A stretch of DNA of 15,220 nt from Octopus sinensis (Eukaryota): NCBI RefSeq assembly GCF_006345805.1, contig NW_021825524.1, forward strand, positions 1-15,220, in the 5' to 3' direction. Each line of letters opens with the position of its first letter. The stretch's first letter is position 1. The position numbers were made by a program, and so were the translations under genes. Of the stretch, positions 1-7,453 are shown piece by piece. Below the pieces are notes generated by a model. It saw only the letters and a program-made list of their open reading frames with translations. It had not been told where the DNA came from and made no database searches.

Positions 1-743
1 ACGGATTGCCCGTCTGCTTTCAGACAAATCCCGACTCGACAAATTAAAGTGGAAATGGTAAAACAGTCAATTTCTCAAAATCGATTTGAGATGGCAGCTT
101 TCTCACATAGTCATCTTGAATTGAAGCAATTTTGGACTATATCTATTTTTTGGGCACTCAACTCAGAACGATTATCTGCAGCAAAGAATCTCGATCAGAC
201 TTAAAAAACATCAATTGATTGGGGCAACTTTTTACGTGATGTATGCGTAAAGTGGGTCGAGGACCATCCTTGTTCTCTCGGTGGAATTAACCCAGAAACT
301 ATGTTGCCAATTGTCGTAGAAGTGGATAAAACAAAATATTTTCATCGAAAATACGCAAGAGGTACCTGGCACGAAAGGCATTGGGTTATTGGTGGAAAAG
401 AGAGGGGCAACCCTAGGAATATTTTTTTTGGTCGAAGTTCCTGATCGGAGTCGAGACACGCTGATTCCAATAATCCAAACTCATGTACATACCGGATCGA
501 TTATCTGTACGGATTATTGGCCAGCCTACAATAGAATCGAATTGTTAGGATATGCCGATCATTTAAGAGTCAACACATACGCAGGGAATCGAGTCATTGT
601 GGTCTCACGCCAAGAAAAAGCTAGAAAGGATGAATGGAACATCCCGTGTTCTTTTTAATTCTTATCTGGCGGAATTTAAATGGCGGTGGAGAAATGATAC
701 GTATCCCTGTGGAGGCGGGAATGCATTTATTAATAACTATTAA
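1..743 (+). pseudogene. Merlin-superfamily (eukaryotic IS1595/ISXO2-like) DDE transposase, frameshifted and internally deleted, 5'-incomplete
   Basis: Manual translation across frameshifts gives IDWGNFLRDVC..LGG..IVVEVDKTKYFHRKYARG..HWVIGGKERG..FLVEVPDRSRDTLIPIIQTHVHTGSIICTDYWPAYNRIELLGY..HLRVN/HTQGIESLWSHAKKK..RMNGTSRVLFNSYLAEFKWRWRN. These match the typical ISXO2/Merlin motifs with D (VEVD), D (TDYW) and E (GIES). There is a +1 in the T8 run at 422-429 and a deletion between VN and HTQ. Confidence 0.88.
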
Positions 744-851
744 TTCTCAGTATCCTTTGTCTTAATAATTCGAGTTTTTCACTGTTTTCATGGTTTTACT
801 AATTGCTGTAAAAAATGTAGTTTTAAAAAATTTAACTCAATGGAGAAAATA

Positions 852-969
852 GGTACTTTTGTCGAAGTGGTCGCAGTTTTTTTTGAAGATAATTAAAATT
901 AATTAATTTTTTTAGTGAAAAATAGATTATTTAATTTATAACCCTCTATCAATAATTTAAATGGTTATT
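852..969 (+). repeat. Diverged solo terminal inverted repeat (left end) related to the adjacent MITE
   Basis: The first 31 nt (GGTACTTTTGTCGAAGTGGTCGCAGTTTTTT) are identical to 1141-1171, and CTCTATCAATAATTTAAA at 944-961 is identical to 1232-1249. The intervening sequence is diverged. Confidence 0.8.
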
Positions 970-1140
970 AAAATTATTTAAAAATTTATTTAACCAATTT
1001 AGTCATTTTAGTACGCGGCATCCAAATTCCAGGACTGTAGAAGGAATTTATGTCTTTTACAATCTGTGCAAAAGATTTCCTATAGTTCTGTATTTGTTTT
1101 CGCCACATAAATTCTGAAAAAATAACTAACTAAAAAAACC

Positions 1141-1541
1141 GGTACTTTTGTCGAAGTGGTCGCAGTTTTTTAGGCCTTTTAAAAAAATCTAATAATTTTT
1201 GAGGTGGAATATATTATATTTATTTAAGTCGCTCTATCAATAATTTAAAATCTTATTAACAGAAATGCACTGCATCCTCTTACTTATTGGGAGCTGTCGG
1301 AATTTGATGTTGCATAAGTCCACAACAGAATTTTCCATGTGACCTATAGTGCAGTTTATATCAATTTAGGTAACATGCTCGCCATAATATTAAACAAATT
1401 AGAAAATAAATTAGTAAAAAATTTATAATATTTTAATTTATTGATAGAGCGACTTAAATAAAATATAATATATTCCACCTCAAATTATTAGATTTTTTAA
1501 AAAGGCCTTAAAAAAACTGCGACCACTTCGACAAAAGTACC
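1141..1541. mobile_element. MITE (non-autonomous DNA transposon) with ~118-bp TIRs, GGTAC...GTACC termini, possibly Merlin family
   Basis: 1141-1259 is the near-perfect reverse complement of ~1424-1541, differing mostly in homopolymer length. No ORF. GG termini are compatible with Merlin, but no clean 8-bp TSD is visible, so the family is an inference. Confidence 0.85.
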
Positions 1542-1729
1542 GAAAAATATATAATGAAAAGAATTGCCCTCACAGGCGAACACATTAGCGGAGGTGATTT
1601 GAAGTTGACGTGACGGAGGCACATTAGATTTAGAAAATGAAGAGGGGGAAATTATTTAAAAAAATACTACAAATTTTTGAAAAGTGACTCACGTCCGGCG
1701 TGGCTCACGTCTGGACTGTGACAATATAT

Positions 1730-2188
1730 AAGATTCAAATATCACAAAAGTATAAATAAGTAAAAAAGTAAATTAAAGGAACAAACTCGAAAAATATCAC
1801 AAAAAGTATAAATAAGTAAAAAAAGGAGATTGAAGGAATAAAATCGAAAAATATGACAAAAATGATGAACTTTCAGATAATTAAATCATTAAAAGAAAAT
1901 ACATCTTTTATTATTCCTTCTGAATCCAATTAAGATAAAAAATAATGCATAGCAAATAATTAAGAGAGCACCACAAAGTAAATCGACAGCGTGCTCACAC
2001 GTGGCTTAATTTATTAGATATTAGGTTTACCATTTTAAAATTAAGATAATTAATAATAATTAATGAAAAAAACTTTATTTTTATTACAAAACAGTTTTGA
2101 ATGTCAGTGATTCTCATCTTTAGAGAGAGCAAGGATTCAATAATAACCAGATTATTGAAAAAGGTTATTTAAAATCAATTAATCTTGG
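1730..2188 (+). repeat. Dispersed AT-rich repeat, copy A (~460 bp), with ~55-bp tandem subunits at its left end
   Basis: Highly similar direct copy at 12943-13455. The subunit AAATATCACAAAAGTATAAATAAGTAAAAAA...TCGA occurs twice plus a partial unit here (starts ~1737, ~1792, ~1849). Confidence 0.95.
2178..2188 (+). repeat. Target-site duplication, left copy (ATTAATCTTGG)
   Basis: Identical to 5850-5860. The paralogous empty site at 13441-13474 reads ATCA-ATTAATCTTGG-CTATACCAATTGGAAACTA, joining the left flank of this copy to the right flank of the other. Confidence 0.85.
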
Positions 2189-2325
2189 AATCTTTTCTGC
2201 AGATTATAAATATTTATAAAAAAACGCATATGTACTAAATTTACTTCATTTAATGTGACCGGTTGAATACGAGCCCAGGTTGAATACGAGCCGTTAAGCA
2301 GAATAGTCACATAATCTATCACTGT

Positions 2326-2697
2326 TTGGCTACACAAGAATTAATAGACGAATCACTGCAAGTGAGATCTATTTTCTCTTATTACAACTCCAACCTTGTC
2401 CCTATAGTGTACCAAGATGCTTTGGAACTCATCTCCTCTAGCATATTATCTGCTTTCAAATTGCCAGCATTTTACACCTTTTTATCTACTCTGGTCTCAT
2501 TAGTTGTGGACGAAAGGTTATTCTTAACCCCGTATGAGACCGCCATCTTTAATGCTTGTGTACTCTACTTCACTCATGAAGGGTCTGATGAATTAAATGA
2601 ACAAGTGTTTATAGATCATGAAGCTTTCTTAAATGCTATTCATACCTCGGAAATGAGTAAGAATTATGTTGATGAAGGCGTTGTTATACATAAGTAA
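2326..2697 (+). CDS. Orphan ORF of unknown function (123 aa from TTG; frame open from 2284; no upstream ATG)
   Basis: ORF track. Protein-like composition and long for AT-rich DNA, but I recognise no motif. The stop codon falls in TAATCT at 2695-2700. Confidence 0.35.
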   Translation: MATQELIDESLQVRSIFSYYNSNLVPIVYQDALELISSSILSAFKLPAFYTFLSTLVSLVVDERLFLTPYETAIFNACVLYFTHEGSDELNEQVFIDHEAFLNAIHTSEMSKNYVDEGVVIHK

Positions 2698-2699
2698 TC

Positions 2700-2720
2700 T
2701 CGACCCTCCTAAGCCTACTC
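2700..2720 (+). repeat. 21-bp perfect direct repeat TCGACCCTCCTAAGCCTACTC, second copy at 3099-3119
   Basis: Exact match read from the sequence. The second copy encodes FDPPKPT inside the CRE ORF. Confidence 0.95.
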
Positions 2721-2914
2721 TCAAATATTGCGCGCGCGCGTGTTCTTGTGGTGTTTTTCCTTGTTTGTTTTTTGGTCTTTCTTGTACATTCTTGTTGTGG
2801 TATCGATCTCATTCCATATCAATCTCTTTCCTTATATAATCTTTTTTCTTTTCTGTCCTTTTTTTTCACTGTTTAATTTTTGATTATTGTAAATTCTTTC
2901 ATCCTATACGTTTA

Positions 2915-5827
2915 ATGAGTTCTCTATGTTACTCGTGCAACTGTACCAATTCGCGCAAGAGGGGAAGGGTATGCTCCTCCTGCGGCAATTTTTACCGCCT
3001 ATCGTGTGTAGGTCTATCTAAGGCCTTATCTTCCCGTATTCCTCTATGGAGATGTCTCAATTGTCTAGAGGGTGTTGTTTTATCTAACACTTGCCTATTC
3101 GACCCTCCTAAGCCTACTCCCAGCACTCCTGCTGTCGATTCCTCGTTCAATAGTTATACATCTGATGTCATTTTGCAATTTCTTTCGAATTTCCGTCTCT
3201 TAAAGAAGATCCCCATCAGACTGCCAAAAGGCTCACGTGCTACAGCCGCTGAATCCCTATGCACATTGATCCGTAAAGCCATAAATACCAACCAAAACGA
3301 GGACTGGGCCAAACTTTTCTGTTTCCCCGTATTCGCCCTGAACCTACACACTAGCAAAGGCTCTTCCGAATCTCTGACTTCGAGGCTTAAGAACTCCATC
3401 CTCTTATATCGGAATCATTCTATTTCCTTTTTTCTTTCCCAGAAATATGTTTTTCCCAAAACATCGAATAACACCTCCGAATGCAATTTCAGTAAAAGAA
3501 TCCATTCCAAATTATTGGAAGGTGACTTCACTGCCGCTCTAAGAATTCTTTGCAGTAACGACTCATTTGCCTCTATTGGGGACAGGACTCTCGAGCTGTT
3601 AAGGGAAAAACATCCCGACGTTAAAATGATCTAGAATCCTTTCTCGTTCTCATTTTACCGAAGTTAAAAAAGTGAGCAAAGAAAGAAGAGCTCTTTATAA
3701 TCTCAAATCATTCCGACCTTCCAGTAGTGGGGGGTTAGACGGCCTTCGTCCCGGTCACATTCGCGACCTTTTATCACTCAATTCGTCTGATGCAGGTGTA
3801 AACCTAATTGATTCAATATGCGACCTGATAACCCTTTTCATCAGTGGCCATATCTCTGATTTCGCACGTTCTCTCTTCATGTCTGGAAGCCTCACCGCCC
3901 TTAATAAAAAGGACGGCGGAATTAGACCGATTTCTGTTGGGTGCACTTTTAGACGCCTTGCAGCCAAAATATTATGCAGTCGTAGCTCCCATTCCTACCC
4001 GAGCATCTTTAAAAACATCCAATTGGGTGTCGGTGTCAGAGGAGGTTGTGAAGCATCAGCCCATTCAGTCAGAGAGTTTATTGCTTCCAAGAATGTGTCT
4101 GACAATTGTGTCATCTTGAAAATTGACATGCGAAATGCTTTCAATTCGATCGACCGTTCCTGTTTCCTTGGAGAGTGTATGACTCAGTTACCTGAAATCA
4201 TGTCGTTTGCTAAACTTTGTTACGAGCACAGTTCCAGCCTCCTTTTCGAGGGTTCAAGTATCTCTCTTCCACCGGGGTACAACAGGGTGATCCTCTCGGA
4301 CCACTCCTTTTCGCATTGGTACAAACCCTATAGCAATGTCAGTCAAATCTCCCCTAAACATTTGGTACTTGGACGATGTCACAATCGGTGGCCCGGCAGA
4401 TCAGGTTCTCAAAGACGCCCTTATGATATCCTCTCGGCTCGGCCACATCGGGTTATCCTTGAATCCGTCAAAGTGTGAGCTGACTAATCTTAACGTGGCC
4501 TCTTTCGATGAAATCCACAGAAACTTTACCTCACTAATTCCTGAAATCAGAATAACCCAAAAAGAAGACCTTATTATTCTCGGCTCTCCTCTCCACGGTC
4601 AGGCAACGGAAAAAATTTTGATGGAAAAGACATCAAATATGGAGCAAGCAGCGAGTCGGTTATTCCAGCTAGATGCACATGAAGGCTTGTTCCTCTTGAA
4701 GAATTTTTTATCCATTCCAAAAATTCTGTATATCCTCCGTTCATCTCCATGTTTCCTTCATCCTAAACATCTTGGGTCAATAGACTCTATCATTCGTCGT
4801 CATGCCGAACTTATTTGTAATGTGCAACTTGATGATCTCGCATGGAAACAAGCTTCCCTACTTATTCGTATGGGAGGTATCGGTCTCCGTTCACCTTCCG
4901 ACTTGGCTCTTCCAGCCTATTTGGCCTCACGATCATTTTGTGGTCCCCTCATCGGTGTCATTCTCAAGTCTTTAAATGAATGTACCCCGTGTCGGTGGAT
5001 GCAAAACGGCCTCGAGTCATTGAGCAGTCATGGTCTGAGACTCCCCGAAGTGGAATCTTCACAGAGACATTGGGACGAAATCTGGTGCAGGGAGACTTAC
5101 AGAGTTATCGAACTGTGCATGGACCAAGAACGGATCATATGTCTCAGATCGGGTGCACAACCCAATTCTGGCTCCTGGATAAGCGCTTGTCCTATTGCGC
5201 CTACCGGCTGTAAACTGGACGACGATACCATTAGGATCGGCCTATGTCTACGTCTCGGCTTACCGATGTGCACCCCACACCCCTGCAAATGTGGAAAGAG
5301 GATTGGTCCATTGGGAAGGCACCCACTTTCTTGCACTCGGAGTGCCGGTCGTTTTCCCCGACATTCCGCCGCCAATGACATCATCAAAAGGGCCATGGAC
5401 GCTGCCGGATTCCACTCTCAACTCGAACCAGCTGGTCTCGATAGAGGGGATGGCAAACGCTTAGACGGCGCGTAACCATCATTACCCGTACACGAGAGGG
5501 AAATTACTGTTGGGATTTTACCTGCCCTGACACGTTTGGACCTTCTTCATTCGGAAGTTCGGCATCCTTTCCTGGCTCTGCTGCAAAACGTTCTGAAGAG
5601 TTGAAGAAAAAGAAATACTCTTTCCTGGCAGACAGAGATATCTTTTCCAGCCGTTCGCTGTGGAGACTTCTGGAGTCTTTGGAACAGAGAGTTTCTCGTT
5701 CATTCGAAGATTGGGTGGTCTAATCTCCAAAAAAACAGGTGATCCGCGGGAGACGTCGTGGCTTTTCCAGAGGATTTCGTGTGCAATTGTCCGCGGAAAT
5801 TCACACGCTATCCTCGGGTCATGCTAA
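2915..5827 (+). pseudogene. CRE-clade retrotransposon polyprotein (PHD finger, reverse transcriptase, CCHC knuckle, restriction-like endonuclease), frameshifted
   Basis: N-terminal C-x2-C..C-x2-C-x4-[H>R]-x2-C..W-x-C-x2-C. RT motifs SSGGLDGLRPGH, GIRPISVGCTFRRLAAK, QLGVGVRGGCE, LKIDMRNAFNSIDR, GVQQGDPLGPLLF and WYLDD (YLDD at 4366-4377). C-terminal CKCG..H..SC..RH..ND, KRLDG..WDFTC..KKKKY..FAVETSG..RISCAIVRGNSHAILGSC*. Pieces correspond to ORFs 2915-3634, 3672-~4265, 4336-5475 and a tail to TAA at 5825-5827. Confidence 0.92.
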
Positions 5828-5849
5828 TTAATTAAAACTTTATTTGGTG

Positions 5850-5860
5850 ATTAATCTTGG
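5850..5860 (+). repeat. Target-site duplication, right copy (ATTAATCTTGG)
   Basis: Identical to 2178-2188. 5850-5879 is identical over 30 bp to 13445-13474. Confidence 0.85.
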
Positions 5861-5985
5861 CTATACCAATTGGAAACTACTTCCGCCACTTGACTGCTAA
5901 ATTGGCAGCGAAGAGTGTATGCCCCCGCCTCAGCTCAGAATTTGCTCCTTACCAACTCTGGGTGGGGATCGCCAACGGTTGCGAG
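5861..5985 (+). pseudogene. Short RT fragment of a different CRE lineage
   Basis: IPIGNYFRHLTAKLAAKSVCPRLSSEFAPYQLWVGIANGCE aligns with ISVGCTFRRLAAKILCSRSSHSYPSIFKNIQLGVGVRGGCE of the upstream element but is clearly a different sequence. Confidence 0.8.
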
Positions 5986-6958
5986 TCATATTACAGTTCA
6001 AAAAGGGCTTGGATGACAGGCCAAATTTTTAGTAAATGGCTGATTAATTTTGACAACTTTTTGAAAAGGAAAAAAAGTCAATTTTGCTTTTGATCGATAA
6101 TTGTCCTTCTCATTGTATACCTTGTCATCTTGAAAATATAAAAATTATGTTCTTTCCTAAAAATGCAACAGGAATAATTCAACCAATGGACTTGGGAATT
6201 ATCAAAACATTTAAAGTGCACTTTAATAGGCACAAATTATTTTATCTCACTAAAATTTTGGAAACAGACAAAGTTTCAGTTTATGAATCTTATAAACAAT
6301 TAAATCTTAAGGACACTGTTTTTTTATAAAAATGGCTTGGGAAGACGTATGCTCGAAAACTATTGAAAATTGCTTCAAAAAACTGAAAAAAATAGATTTT
6401 GATGAACAATCTACAGATAAAAATTTAATTGATGAATTGATAATTAAAACAGATATTTATGATCCTATTCAAATTGAAGAATTCATTTCTATAGATTATT
6501 TAGAAGAAAATGCAATTAACGAAGAAAGTAATTTCGATAATGAAGATCCCGAAGAACAATCTGCAGATAAAAATTTTCCTTCAAATGAACAGACAATAGT
6601 TCATCTCACTAGAAAAGAGATTGGTGTAAAACTAAGAGAAATTGAGAAGTCACTAATCGAAATTGTCGAAAACGAAGAAAATGTGTGCCTAATTACTTCA
6701 GTTCGAAGATTCGAGGAAAAAAATCAAAATATAAAGAGACAACAAATGGAACTGGAATATTACTTTAATAAAAAAAGCCTAATTCTTTGTTAAAATAAAA
6801 TTAATTTTTTCAATTACGTCAATTTTGGCTATTTTCGAATTATTAAACAGTTCTACTCACATTCAAAAATTATTGATTATATTCTGAAATTCGCCATTTC
6901 TCAAATTCGCCGCAAAAAATGGCGGAACCAAAAATGGCGAATTTGGAAGTATTCACTG
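5986..6958 (+). mobile_element. pogo/Tigger-family DNA transposon, 3' half with right TIR
   Basis: KRAWMTGQIFSKWL..LLLIDNCPSH-x-QPMDLGIIKTFK (30 residues between the 2nd and 3rd catalytic D), AWEDV..TIENCFKK, an acidic linker, and a KRQQMELEYYF tail ending at 6793. The right end has repeated AAATTCGCC/GGCGAATTT motifs and terminates ..ATTCACTG|TA (TA at 6959-6960). Confidence 0.9.
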
Positions 6959-7441
6959 TATTTAAGTATTTGCCGACCTTATCAAGCTGAATCTCGGTCC
7001 GTCAGCAAATGCTCCGTCAAAACGACCTGCCGCCCGGCGCGATCTTGTGTGGGCTCGTGGAAAGATCACCGAGCGAAGATGAGGTCCCTGGTGCATCGGG
7101 ATCACGTGACTTTCGTTTGACTCTTATAGTGGTCTTGGCGGTTAAATAAATAATAATAACACTTAAAGGACAGGTTGCCTATAGGGGCCTGATTACTCAT
7201 GTCACAAAATATCAGTTGGAAATTACGAACTTTTACGGATGGATCAAGATATAAATGAAAACACAAGAAAATATCCTCTGTATGACCAGACAGTTTCGAC
7301 ATGCTAAATGGACCGAAGATTTTATTGAAGAAATACACTCCTCGCCAAAAAAATGATTCAAAATTCATATTTAGTTTTTTTTGAAAATCTTATAAATATT
7401 TTAATTTCAAAAAACTTAGTAGATTAGTTGTAATTATTATG

Positions 7442-7453
7442 ATCTTATTTTAA
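7442..7453 (+). repeat. Target-site duplication ATCTTATTTTAA of the R4/Dong-like element, second copy at 11047-11058
   Basis: 12-bp exact match, extending to 16 bp with one mismatch (7438-7453 vs 11043-11058). Removing the insert restores colinearity with the intact right Tc1 TIR. Confidence 0.85.

Larger units (their letters stand above)
2189..5849 (+). mobile_element. CRE-clade non-LTR retrotransposon insertion, including ~510 bp of extra 5' sequence
   Basis: Bounded by the 11-bp TSD, with the empty site present in the window. Contains one PHD-RT-REL reading frame broken by frameshifts, a ~22-nt 3' UTR and no poly(A) tail. Confidence 0.8.

Noticed and set aside
1-743. Bacterial IS1595 insertion sequence or bacterial origin of the window
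   Set aside because: The context (Tc1, pogo, non-LTR retrotransposons) is eukaryotic, and Merlin is the eukaryotic relative of this family.
1737-1870. CRISPR-like array from the ~55-bp repeats
   Set aside because: Units are contiguous and degenerate, with no unique spacers and no cas genes.
2003-2050. GGCTTAATTTATTAGATATTAG|GT: a 22-nt, GG-start, AG|GT-ended stretch resembling a spliced-leader exon (also in repeat copy B), attractive because CRE and NeSL elements target SL genes
   Set aside because: No convincing Sm site (RAU4-6GR) downstream, pairing is trivially expected in AT-rich DNA, and the CRE insertion site is ~160 bp away rather than inside the exon. It would need 5'-capped mRNA evidence.
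3154-5730. Antisense or alternate-frame ORFs over the first CRE (3154-3399, 3755-3967, 3844-4119, 4980-5213, 5097-5396, 5195-5464, 5518-5730)
   Set aside because: Shadow ORFs of a GC-richer coding region with no recognisable motifs.
7102-7368. 88-aa minus-strand ORF
   Set aside because: Starts inside the Tc1 TIR and crosses element boundaries, so it is probably a chance frame.
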